From positions 759,949 through 823,948 of the forward strand of contig OZ287698.1 in NCBI GenBank assembly GCA_965649825.1: DNA of 64,000 nt, given 5' to 3'. The notes below the pieces were generated by a model. It saw only the letters and a program-made list of their open reading frames with translations. It made no database searches and was not told the DNA's origin. A program made the translations under genes and the position numbers. This document shows positions 12,301-23,225 of this stretch, one piece after another. Position 1 is the first letter of the stretch; every line of letters begins with the position of its first letter. This stretch comes from Penicillus capitatus. Taxonomy: Eukaryota > Plantae > Chlorophyta.

Positions 12301-12566
12301 GTTTCACCCTTGTCGTCCTCCTTACCCAACTAATGTTCGCCGCTGAAGAATTTATTGACATGAAGCTCATTGAACTTGATGCCATGGAGGTTCAGGAAGT
12401 GATCGACTCTCGTTTGTCTAAAAAACTGGAAGCTTTGATAGAGCATTACTGGAAAATCGCCCTTGAGGCGGCTAAGACCTTCAAAGCGCTGACGCGCAAG
12501 AGGTTTTGCTGTCACAGAAGATCTGGAAATGCAACACGCAGCCCGGTTCATCATTCTAACGTTTGA
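6397..12566 (+). CDS. Large surface/membrane protein, copy 1: signal peptide, Pmp-like right-handed beta-helix repeats, Cys-rich stalk, multi-pass TM domain (~15 exons)
   Basis: Signal peptide MARRSPLCLLLVICIFLRQASCQ and many GGA(I/V/L) and FxxNxA repeats. CxxC motifs (CRECGQGEF, LCGRC, CRKC) precede hydrophobic segments with YGFLYKAY..YWE..RK and QPF..LNHLE. About 14 short introns restore the frame (e.g. 6467-6516, 10807-10859, 11228-11286). Stop TGA at 12564-12566. An alternative ATG lies at 6379. Confidence 0.85.
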
Positions 12567-14287
12567 GACAAGCTTCTTCGATTGATCTGATTGTTTGCTC
12601 TGTATGTTGACCCACTCATTGTTTGCGTCTTACTCTTTTACATCGCAGGGTCCGTTTGTCCTTTGTTACACACTAAGCACACTAAAATCCACAACATTTC
12701 TCAATTCGATCATTGATGAGTGCGAGTCAAGTACCCATGTCCTGATTCGAATTCTCACTCCAACCACAACACATAAGGCACACATGGAAACTATCGTGTT
12801 TTTAGTGGCTCGATCTTTCTAATTCAGTCCAATTCAAATCGTTATCGTATGTCACACTGCTTCTATAAAGAAGCTTGTCAGCTGTCTGTTCTCGTTAAGT
12901 TTTTGAATGTTAAGCTTTATTTGCATTGCAGTTTGTCATGTCCACTTTACAAATTAGACAGACACAGCTCTTGCTTCATTTTTGTTAATTGCTGGACCGC
13001 ATTTGTGACTTTCGGTACTTGGTTGTCGACTGGGTACGTAGGAATCTCCATTTCTTTATTAACCGTTTGCTGACAACCTAATTTCAAGACGACATCACAA
13101 TTGATATTATTTTCATAGAACTGACTTTTTTATTTTACATTAGCATACCACTGAATGTATTGTGGTTTGCTGTCTGACAAAACTGACACGACCTTTCTCG
13201 ATATAATAAACAAATCACCATCCCAATTGAGATGAAATGAACGCAAGATGGCAAGCGCTTCTCTTAAACACACCTATGGATGCAGCAGTCTTTAGCCAGG
13301 AAAAACTAATTTCGTGTTTAAGAGAATGGAGGAGTAATAGACTGGGGCAAGATTTTGAGCCAAAAGGAGTCATTTTCTTTTCATATCATTGAATGTCCAC
13401 AATCGTTCGCATCAAATCTAAAAACATGAGGCGCAAAGCAGCCATGATTCTATGCCTAGGAACGAACGAATCATGCTGCAATCCTCGAGCTGATAACGAT
13501 CACGTTACATTTATCAAAAAAACATCCGCATCGATCGGGAAAACGAACGGCTGAAGTAGAAACATTGCAAAATCTGTTTTGATGTTAATCAGAGGTTCCG
13601 CTAAAGTGAAAGTTGTGCACAATCGCATCTTGTTATGTAATCGTCATCATTTAGTACATCGCGTTGTCACCGTTTCAACCTCATGTACATCGGCTCTACA
13701 CATCCAACTCCGCAGTGTACTTCGTACCAAGCATGCTACAACTACCATGTGAACACTCAGCCGTTTACCATTCTTCTGCGTACATACAGGTTTTACCAGG
13801 TTGCGCTGATCCTCAATGCAGACATTATCATTTCCCAGTGTGAAGAACTCCCTTCAGTCGCCTCACGCTCCACATTCCCGAGGATATCCTCAGCGTGGAC
13901 CTGTATCTCCCCCTCACTGGCGCGACGGCGGAGGCGTTGTCGCGGGGAGTGAGCGCCTGAATCGTCACCGGGTTGACTCATCTCACAAGCGCAGCGGAAG
14001 TCTTGGAGTCAGATGAGGATGGGCGAAAGCTCGGAGGCCACACCAACAGTCTTGCAGCAAAGAGCGACTTGTTACAACTGATGATAGACGTGAATGTTTT
14101 GTAAGACAGAAACCGATTGTATGTGATTCACCAATGACAATAGAAACTCAGGTGTCAAACGAGACGTTTCTTGTGTCTGAGCCTCGCTTAAATACTCAAT
14201 CTCTGATGTGACGACAAGAAAAATCGATGAACTTCAAGAGTGAGTTCGCAATGAAATTCACATTGAGACTAGGAAATTCAATATGAA

Positions 14288-14302
14288 GTTCTAGAAGTTT
14301 CC
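14288..14302. promoter_or_regulatory. Candidate heat-shock element (also 36340-36354)
   Basis: gTTCtaGAAgtTTCc fits the three-unit nTTCnnGAAnnTTCn consensus, with extra GAA/TTC units on both sides. Function not shown. Confidence 0.35.
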
Positions 14303-14630
14303 TAGGAACTTCACAGGAACTCACTCCCAGTCAGTGTGACTTGTTCGCGACTCAGCGGCGACGGTTATGCCGCGCTATTAAAGACGCGAAAACACACACG
14401 GCAGAAATACAACCCATTACAGCACCGACCCATCACAGTTCTGTCAGCATTGCGCCATTTCTTCACACCCAGCACATCGATGACCTCGTTCGGTGCCGCA
14501 TTCTGTAGGCTCGGAAAGTGGATGATGAAGATTCCGAGATGGGAAAATGTGCAGAGATGCGTTCCCTATGCTTAGTAGCCGAAATGAAAGCTGACATCCT
14601 GAGAGTGTATCTCATTTTGATTGGCATCTC

Positions 14631-16429
14631 TTTTTCGCTTGATTGCTTTTACAACTCCCTTTTTTAGAAAGATCGGCAGTGCGACTGTACAACATGAGGG
14701 TTTGTAAGATCAATGTTCAGGATCATAAACTAGACAATGACGTTAAGTCTCGATGTTAATATTGGTCCCCCATTGGCGGCTCTCAGTGTTCCATTTCCTC
14801 GCGATGGTTTCCACGAACTCTGAGAGTTCCTTAGCGTGATCAAATATTCTGGTGAGTGTAAGGGTCCCTCAAGTTGCTGCATCAGTGTCCGTCTTGATGT
14901 CCCAAACCGCGGGTACTCGAACAGCAGATGGTCTCGGTCTTCTTGGGAGTGTCCGCACTCACAGTGTGGAGCTGTCTCCGAGATGCCAAAGCGCTTCATA
15001 TACTGTCTGCTTGGAAAGTGGTTGGCTGCGAACTGACTGAGGCGTGAGGCTCGAGCTCGGTCGAGATACTTCCCGGGGAACCGACCTCGGTGGAAGTCCA
15101 ACAGGTATTGGGTCAGGTGCTGGCTCTGTTCTCGCTGCTTGATCTCGCGTAGGGCTTCCTGATTGAGGTGGTTAGCGATGGTTCTCTTGACCCAGGCGCC
15201 AGATGGGGGATCCCCTTCGGTGTTCCCTCTCCTTCTGCTGCAGCCGTTGTCGCTCGTTTCTTTACTGCCATCCATGAGCTGAGACCCGGAGTCCAGTTTG
15301 TATTGGCCTAGAAGCAGGTGTACCCTGCGCACCGCCAGTCCAGAAGGATTCTTTGTATTTCAACACAGACTTCGCTGACATTGCTCCAGCTTAAGGCGGT
15401 CACTCTCGAGCGTTTCGAGTCAAGGACAATGCCGAGAGTCTGCTTTTGTGAAGGCGGATGTGCTCGGGTGAGTATTCGGAGTTGATCAAGTCCATGGTAG
15501 AGACCGGTGAGGAACGATGTTTCTTCATCGGCCCAGCCTGGGTCCCACCAGGTGTCACCGTGTTGATTGCTTCTCTGTGAGAGACTCTAGCTGGTTCCAA
15601 GTCGGTTTTTTGGTCGGTCTTTGTGTTTTGCTACCAGAAGTAGCCAGTCTGGTCTGTCTTCGTCTGGGGGTGGGTTTGTGCCAGAGATCCAGCCTAGGCA
15701 GTGCGGGGCAATCGGGCTCCAGGGCAGTACTTTTTGTGGGATGAGTTCCAATGGCCTCCGGGGTACTGAGCGGAGCCATCGCGTCCAGGCTATTCTTCTT
15801 TAACATTGGCCTGCCGAGAGTTCTGAGCGAGCTGAGGCGAATCGGACGCCATCCTTTTTGTGTCTTCTCTTGGAGTCGAAGTATAGTGCTTGCTGGATGG
15901 TTTGTTGAGTGGGCGGCCGGATCCCAGCCAGAGCATAGGCAGCCGGGTATGATGTTGTTCGGAAGGACCCCGCCAGGAGCAGGCAGGCCTGCCTCATTAC
16001 CTTCTCAATCGGAGCAAGTTTCCTGGTATTGTATGCAATGCTCTGCCAGACTTCTACCCCATGGTAGCCGGTTGGTTCGATCACCCCGATGATTAGTTTT
16101 ACGACGGCTTCAGGGAGCATTCCTTTGAAGGGCCTGTCATTCTTCGAATAAGCTCCAGCCGGGCACGGGCTTTTCTAGCAGCGCTGTGGACCTGAGGCTC
16201 CAGGAAAGAGTCTCGTCCATCCAAATACCGAGATAGAGTACTGCCTGTTTTTGGGGCAGTTGGTGCCCTCGGATGTAGAGGGGCCGGGGTCCGTGCGTTT
16301 CTTCCAGCTTGTAAATCTGATCTGGAAGCCCTTTTCTGGCGCAAAAATGAGGCCTCTTTCCTGTGCTCAATCAGACAAGCCGTCCAGTGCTTTCTGCAGC
16401 TTTTGTTGAACCTCATTCTCAGTGGACGC
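14631..16429 (-). mobile_element. LINE family B, 3' portion (RT thumb, RNase-H-like region, CCHC motif, short A tail); degenerate
   Basis: Continues the RT across the Gypsy insertion (...GSA|STENEVQQKLQKALDGL). Contains YLGIWMDETLSW, RTTSY and CECGHSQEDRDHLL. T5 at 14631-14635 abuts the TSD at 14615-14630. Several frameshifts and stops. Confidence 0.9.
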
Positions 16430-16528
16430 TGTCGTCAACGAGGTACGAGGAAGATCAGGAGTTACAAAAATCGTACAAACGGAGACATCATTCCCATCTA
16501 AATATGTCTTATTCGCAGTCAGATCACA
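16430..16528 (-). repeat. Gypsy 3' LTR (99 bp), copy 2
   Basis: TG...CA 99-mer starting 30 bp beyond the integrase stop, preceded on the minus strand by a weakly purine-rich GCAGGGTAGCG. Confidence 0.93.
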
Positions 16529-16558
16529 CGCTACCCTGCGCTGTAAACTCCGACATGT

Positions 16559-17791
16559 TCATTTTCCAAATGAAATGAATGGCTGCGGCGAATCTATATG
16601 CATTCGAATTGTTTTTCCCTGATCACTGTCGCAAACTTCGCGAATGTGTGTTGAAACTCTCCTTGTAACTTCATACGGCCCCTGCCAAAACGGATCGAAT
16701 TTCTTATCCAATGCTTCAACAGTCTCGTGATAGAAAACCCATACTTTCGATCCTACAGGGTAAAGAGATTCTTCTTTCTTCTGCTGTTCTGTCATCTTCC
16801 TTTTTGCTTCTTCGAAACTTTTCTGAATTTGCATGCGGGCGGTTCTTGATTCTTCCTTCACTTCGCTCAGATCTTGTCCTTGTTGCCATACATCGTTGGG
16901 TGAGTATCGTGTGCCCTCGTGTGGCGTTTCGTCAATTGCTTCTACGCCTTCCGACAACACAGTCGTCCAGTTGAGTCTCTTCCCATCGGAAACCCTCATC
17001 CGTCGGATCCGGTCGATCAATGTCTGGTTGAAACGTTCTCGCAGACCGTTCGATTTGTGCGAATGCGCCGGGGCCATGACGAGATCGGTGTTCATTTGTG
17101 CCAGAAATCTCCCGAATGCACTAGATCGGAAATATGAGGCTGCGTCACACATTAGTCGCTTGATAGGACAGAATTCCTTCACGAAATCAGCGAGACATTT
17201 CACGGCCGTGGCATTGGTTGAACGGCAACACTTTCTTGCCATGCCAAAACGACTCAGATGGTCCACGATAGTGAAGATATACCGGACATTGCCGGGGCCT
17301 CTTTCCAGTGGGCCAACAAAGTCACAACTCACGACGTCACGCACGTCATTGATCCCTTCCATTCGTCCCGGGGCAGCCAGCTTCGGTCGCTTGAACTGCT
17401 GACAAGCGCGGCAATCCCTCACGTACTGGCGGATTTTCCTCCACTGCACGTCACCTCCGATCTTCCTTATGCGCTGCTGTGTCTTTTGAACGGAGAAATG
17501 GCCGCGGTGGCCCCATTTCAGCAACTCGTCGTCCGACATCTCGGCTGCTGACTTGGACTTCGCCGATGCCACTTGATTGTGCCGCGAAACAAAAAGCTCT
17601 GGGAGACGGCTGAGAAAATCTGGCAAGATATTAGACTTGCCTGGAATGAACCTGATCTCTGGGTTGTGCTCAAGGATGATGTCAAGTCTTCGCTTGACGA
17701 AGTCGCTCGTGTTGTCAGCATTCATGAGGCTGCAGACCGCAGAGTTGTCGGAGAGGATTGCGACTCTTTGCCCGAGGGTGTATGGCCGGAA
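16559..17791 (-). CDS. Gypsy RNase H C-terminus plus integrase (open frame)
   Basis: GHRGH...CRAC zinc-binding motif, catalytic SCDFVGP / LMCDAASYF / NGLRERFN (DDE), and C-terminal WQGPY (GPY/F) module. Confidence 0.9.
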   Translation of the reverse strand, partial: FRPYTLGQRVAILSDNSAVCSLMNADNTSDFVKRRLDIILEHNPEIRFIPGKSNILPDFLSRLPELFVSRHNQVASAKSKSAAEMSDDELLKWGHRGHFSVQKTQQRIRKIGGDVQWRKIRQYVRDCRACQQFKRPKLAAPGRMEGINDVRDVVSCDFVGPLERGPGNVRYIFTIVDHLSRFGMARKCCRSTNATAVKCLADFVKEFCPIKRLMCDAASYFRSSAFGRFLAQMNTDLVMAPAHSHKSNGLRERFNQTLIDRIRRMRVSDGKRLNWTTVLSEGVEAIDETPHEGTRYSPNDVWQQGQDLSEVKEESRTARMQIQKSFEEAKRKMTEQQKKEESLYPVGSKVWVFYHETVEALDKKFDPFWQGPYEVTRRVSTHIREVCDSDQGKTIRMHIDSPQPFISFGK

Positions 17792-17913
17792 CTTCGTCAA
17801 CCCCTTTTTTTATTAAGTTGGCGGTACTTACATCCCCTTTTAAAGTGAAACATCAGAGGAGAGGCCGAACGCATTGTTCATTGTTCATAATGACTCAAAC
17901 TAGTTCATGTGGA

Positions 17914-20900
17914 TTAACACCACCTTCTTCCTTGCGAGTTCCATTCTCTTGCGATGCTGTCCAGGAATGCCGCCAGCGAGCTCGGGGCATTCCAAAGAGA
18001 GTGAGATTGCCCTTCACTAGTTAACAGTTCTTGCTGGTAAGTCCTTCGGATGCCATCAAATCGGGTGCAGGAGTGGAGCAGGTGATCTCTGTCTTCGTCT
18101 CCTTGCCCACATTCGCAGGTTGCGTCTACCTCCATGAGGTTGAAGCGCTTAAGATACGCCTTTGACGGGAAGTGATTCGCCAGAAACTGGTTGACCCGAG
18201 AGGCGTTAATACGCTGCAGTCTTCTTGATGGGAAGTGGCCTTTGCCTGTTGTTGGCTGTAGATCCAGCACCGCTCTACCCTTGTCCGCAGTCGCCTGTTG
18301 TGCCTGTGCTAAGCTGTTTAGCGTGAAGCTGATGTGTCTTTTGCACCAGCCAAGGTCAGTGTAAGTGGCATGATCCAGTCTGGTCCGATCTTGAGACATG
18401 AGGAGCTCTGCTGTTCTTTTTGCTGCTTGATATGGGCTTCTTCCTGGGGCCCAGTTCTGCGTAAACCAGTTGACTTTGTTTCCTGCTCGTCTCCAGCTGA
18501 TCCACCATTTTTGGATGTGATGCATATTCTCTGTCACGTTGAATGGATTCGTGCGCTCTTTCTGATACCTCACTCTTCTAGTTATGATGCCGAGGGACTG
18601 CGGCCGATTCTCCGTTTGCCTTAGATCTGACAGGGAGAGTAAACCTTCCCTGATAGCCGAGAGCACCACTTCCTTTACTGTTTGATGCGGCGCCACGAGG
18701 ACCCCTCTCCCTGAACGCTCTTCCGGTCCTGTGAGCTTCCAAATCACAAGTGACATTGTGCCAGAGGTGCAGGGCTGCTCCGTTTCTGCGATAGCCAAAA
18801 TCCACGTTGGTCGTTGATCCTGATCTTCCTCATCAGCCTCTAAGGCCGCCAGCTGTTCCGGAGGGAAGCTGCATAACCATCTGTCTGGGAGGCGGATGTT
18901 CAGTCCATTTGGGAGACGTCGATGCCATTGTCGTGTGGTTATCTGCCTTCTATGGGACGCCAGACTTGTGCCTTCAGTGAAGAGGAAGTCCGAGAGCATC
19001 TCTGGGGTTTTTCCTTTGTCTCTGCGTAAGTGATCATACAGAACGCGGCGTCGAATCTCCATTTGTGCTGGGAGAAGGCCAGAGAGAGCAAAAACCGCTT
19101 CATAAGAGGTGGTTCTGAGGCAACCAGTGATGAGGAGACCAGCCTGTCTAATTGTTCGGTTGATAATGAGCAGGTGAGTAGCCGAGTCTTGGACTCTGCT
19201 GAGCACTTCCGCTCCATAGTATAGTGCTGGTTCCAGTGCTTTGGTCGTGAGTTGCCACATCGCTTCCGGGGCAAAGCCCCAGGTCTTCGCTGAGAGCTTC
19301 TTGATGAGCGACAGGCGATCCCTTGTGTGTTGCTGTACGTGTCGCAGATGGGGTTTCCAGGACAGGCGTTTATCTAGTATGGTGCCGAGATAACGGCAAC
19401 TCTTCACCGTTTGCAGCTTAGTCGATCCTATGTGAGAGGTAGCATGCTTGACCTCCGAGTCTTGTGAAACCTGATGGCGAGGCATTTCGTCTCTGAAAAC
19501 TGCATCCCTGCCTCCTGACTCCAACTGACCAGGTCGTCCAGTGCCTTTTGTGCCTTGATCTGGGCCGACTCCTCGGTGTCAGCTCGGCACAACAATAAAA
19601 TGTCGTCCGCGTACGCCTGAATATGAACTCCAGGTTCCTTCGGGATCTGTAAAGCTGCATTAACTCCGAAGATAAACAAGAGGGGGCTGAGTGGCGAGCC
19701 CTGCGGGACACCAGCTGTAGTTTCTGAAGGATAACTTTGTCCATCGATTTGTAAAGCCGCCGTTCGTTGCTTCAAGAAATTTTGACACCACCGTCGCAAG
19801 TATGTCGGGGCTTCCATTCGATTAAGGGAGTCGACTAGATAGGGTCTAGAGATGGAGTCAAAAGCCGCCTTCAGGTCAAGAGTGACCCCATAAACGACCA
19901 GCCCTTTTTGGGTGTGTTCTTCTATCCAGTCTGTTGCCTTCAAAAGAGCATCTGTTGTACTTCGGTTGGGTCGGAATCCAAATTGATTATCATCGAGCAC
20001 ATTGGAGCTCTCTGCCCAGAACTTCAAGCGATTTGCCACCAGCTTCTCCATGCCTTTCGCCATACTGTTCAAGAGACTGATTGGTCGTAATTTGGAGACT
20101 TCGTTGCCGGGGTTGACTCCTTTATGCAGTGCAACGACTTGGGAATGCTTCCATTTGCTTGGGCAAAGATGCAGTCTTAGACAGGCAGTGGCCATTTCTT
20201 TAAGGTGCGGTCCCAGGTGAATCATGTTGCGCCTGAGCATCGCTGTGGGAATCCCGTCGGGCCCAGGGGCCGCTAACGGTCGACCGCTACAGAAGGCTTT
20301 TTGAGCTTCTAGCTCCGAGACAGCTGGGAGAGGGACGATGTCCTCACTATCTGGGCCTGTAACTCTGTCTTCACCATCTTGGAGTCGAGCGTTTGACGAA
20401 GGGAAGAATTTGTCTTGCAATGTAGTGGCAATGTCTGACGGATCTTCGAGCAGAGTGCCATTTTGATCGACTACGAAGTCAAGTGCAGGGCGGGTCTGAG
20501 CTTTGGATACTCTTTTGAATGTTTGCCAGAGATCTGATTGGGTTTCCGAGTTCGATTCCAGAAAATTCCTCCATGCAGTTTGTTTGGCCTTCTTAATTCC
20601 ACTCTTGAGCTTGGCTTTTGCTGCCGTTACTGCTTCCTCCAAGAGGTCTGGTACTCCACCATATCGTCGCTTGTGATTCTCACGTCTGCGGAGAGCTCGT
20701 TTGAGTGCTCTGTGGTAACCTGACAGTTCGTCAGTCCACCAATGCTTCCTAGGTTTCCTCGCCCCTGAGCGAGGAACATAAGGCCGAGCCGCTTCCTGCA
20801 TGAGAGTCGTCAAAGCCACTGTCTGTGTCTCTAAGTCCTCTTTTGTGTTAAGGGTTGCCCACATACTTGAGCAAGGGAAGCCTGCCATCGCTTCGTCCAA

Positions 20901-21719
20901 CGCTTCAGATATGGCGGGCCAGTCTGCTTTCCGCCAATTGGGTCTTGACTTTTCTCTAGGAAGGGTGGCATTGTGCCATAGCTTCGTTTCCACAATACGA
21001 TGGTCCGAGAGCGAGGTAAGATCTTCCCGGACTGACCAGGTGATCTTATCAACCAGGCCCGACGAGCAAAAGGTGAGATCGATCCAGCTTTGCCCCTGCG
21101 AAGAGGCAAAAGTTGGTGGGCATGGGAACCGGTTTAGGATCGTCATCTGATAATCGTCACAGAGATCCAGTATGGCCTCTGCTTTGTTGGTTTCCGGTTC
21201 ATCCTCTGGGCCCCAATGCGGGTGCCGGGAATTGAAATCGCCAGCGACAATCCACTCTTGTTTGTTGATGGACACATCATATTTCTTGAGCAGAATCGAG
21301 GAGAGGGCCTCAAAACTCCTCCCTGTGTTCGGTTGAATGTATACTGATAGAAAAAACCAATCCTTCTGTCCTGAGTGGAAGACTGCGCCCGCAAGTCTGG
21401 CGTTCGATGAGTAGACAATCTTGAACTCCAAGTGTGCTTTAATGAGAAGAAGAGCCAAGACTTCTTCTTCTGTTTGGATCTGTGGACGCACGGAGACATA
21501 GCCGGGTGGGGCCCAACCTCTTCTTAATATCCATGCTGGATCTGACACGCTCACTATGTCGACCGCGACCTCCGTGAGGTATTTTGAAAGCATGTCTAGG
21601 GACTGTTGCGAGCCATGCATGTTGATCTGCCAGTGCGTCCACTTTGGAGGGAATTCAGATTGATCACTGTGCTGGTAATCACGAGAAGGGGCCATGTCGG
21701 TGGACGAGGAACGGCTCAT
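17914..21719 (-). pseudogene. LINE A ORF2: APE endonuclease - RT - RNase-H-like - CCHC; one frameshift near 19430
   Basis: APE motifs QIN, GDFN, WIDL, SDH. RT motifs PGPDG, RPISLL, QFGFR, PQGSPLSP, YADD, YLG. C-terminal CECGQGDEDRDHLLHSC. ORFs 19428-21848 and 17914-19524 join as LPLT|IGSTKL if one base is restored. Confidence 0.92.
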
Positions 21720-23217
21720 TGCGCTCGGGCCGCTTGTCTGCGGCCGGGCAACGAGTCCTCGAAACGGCGCACTTCCTTGATCTGGTAATCGAAGCGAAGC
21801 GCGCTTCCATCCGCGTCTATCTTTGCTGCCAAGTCTGCTGACAGCCAAATCTTTAGTGTTTGACTAGGTATGCGGGTGGAGGGGTCCTCTGAGTTCGGAT
21901 CCCTGCGGGAAAGGCGGCGGTCTACAATCAGATGTTGCGCTGGATCTGTGATGTCAGCGAGTTGCCAACGCTGCTTATTTTGGTCCCAGATCTGTTCTGT
22001 CACTTGCTCCATGTCCCAGTTTTGGTGAACGCGGGTGATTACAGCTGGAATCATGCCCGCTCGTTCACAGACCTTGGGATCCTTCACTAAGGTGGCCCCG
22101 AGAGCCGGGAGATCAATGCGGTGTTCCGTGTCTCTTCTGTCTTTGATTCGCTTCTCGGCTAAACGGAAATGTGTCTGATAGATCTGTATGTAATAATTCC
22201 CCCGTCCATCGCGTCGAATATCCTCAATCGGCGAGCGCTCTGTCTTGGGCCATTTGATGCCTTCCAAGAAGGCTTTGCCGACAATGCCAACGCCATAGGT
22301 TGGCTCTTCTCTGTTTGAATTAAGCGAAAGGCCCGGTCATCGGCCCGGATGGCTTTCCTCATGTCTCCAAATGCCTCCTTCCGTTTTCGAAGCATTTCTT
22401 CTCGGTGAGTGTCCGTGGGTACTTTTGGGGCATGCTTCTTGAGAGCAGTGGAGAGGGACCGGGATGCTACATCTCGGTATGAGAGTGGGCACCTTTGTGT
22501 GGGTGCCCGTGAGACGGGTGCCGCATCTGGATGAGATGCTGCTGCAACGATCGGAACATCTGACGCTCTGCACTCTTTGTAACGGTCTAACATCAGGTCG
22601 CATCCACCAGCCAGGCCATTCAGCGTGCCCAGGGCCCCCGCTGCGACCTGCGTTAGGCTGTTTATATCGGAGACGGAAGGTTGGTGTCCGTCTGCGAGAA
22701 GACTCAACATCTTGAGTTGGCGCTGGAGCGCCTCCTTAGCTAATTTCATGCCCGCTAGGATCTCCCCTGACCAGCTCCCAAAGGAGTAATAAGGGGTTGC
22801 TTTCTGGGGCTCTTGGGGGCTCTCTGCGGGGTCCTCTGATGCCGTGGAGTCTTCTTCCATGGCGTTGTCCATCTCCGCTTCCCATGCTTGATCGCTGGCA
22901 AGATGGTGGCGGAGGTACTGGTCAAGGGTTTTGAGGAGTTCGTTTCTGTCGAGGGACGACAGCTTGTCCTTTGCAACGGTCCAGCTGCGTTGATGCACGG
23001 CTGAGGCAGCCGCTTGTAGTGCCTGGAGTGGAACGCGGCGGAGTAGGTTAGCGTGCGACCTGACGTAACCTCGGAAAGCCGGACTGTGCACGGCACGCTG
23101 ACCTAGCCCTTCGGCGAAGTCTTCCACCGCCTTAGACAAGGTGTTTCCAACATCGGGAGGTTTGTTTCGGCCTTTTCCGACAGGCGCGCTCAGACGCATC
23201 GAAGGTGGAGGTTCCAT
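21716..23217 (-). pseudogene. LINE A ORF1 (gag-like), one frameshift near 22270-22330
   Basis: ATG at 23217 (MEPPPSMRL...) and a frame switch into ...GIVGKAFLEGIKWPK...LRFDYQIKEVRRF. The stop TGA at 21716-21718 overlaps the ORF2 ATG. Assigned by position upstream of ORF2. Confidence 0.75.
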
Positions 23218-23225
23218 CAAAAAAT

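Larger units (their letters stand above)
17807..23225 (-). mobile_element. LINE family A (~5.4 kb, ORF1 + ORF2), probably I-group-like, inserted in the Gypsy RNase H
   Basis: 15-bp TSD CTTCGTCAACCCCTT at 17792-17806 and 23226-23240, present once in the empty site near 1148-1162. AATAAA merges into a short A tail on the minus strand. Confidence 0.96.

Noticed and set aside
6397-12566. Bacterial Pmp autotransporter or contaminant
   Set aside because: The gene has ~14 spliceosomal introns and an alpha-helical TM C-terminus rather than a beta-barrel, and it lies beside eukaryotic genes.
14285-14312. Resemblance to a yeast FRT recombination site (GAAGTTC, TCTAGAA, TAGGAACTTC)
   Set aside because: It lacks the 13-8-13 FRT spacing, and no tyrosine recombinase is visible. 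GAA/TTC repeats explain the match.
12567-14600. MITE or ncRNA in the AT-richer spacer
   Set aside because: Only short (about 8 bp or less) inverted matches, with no convincing TIR/TSD pair or tRNA fold.
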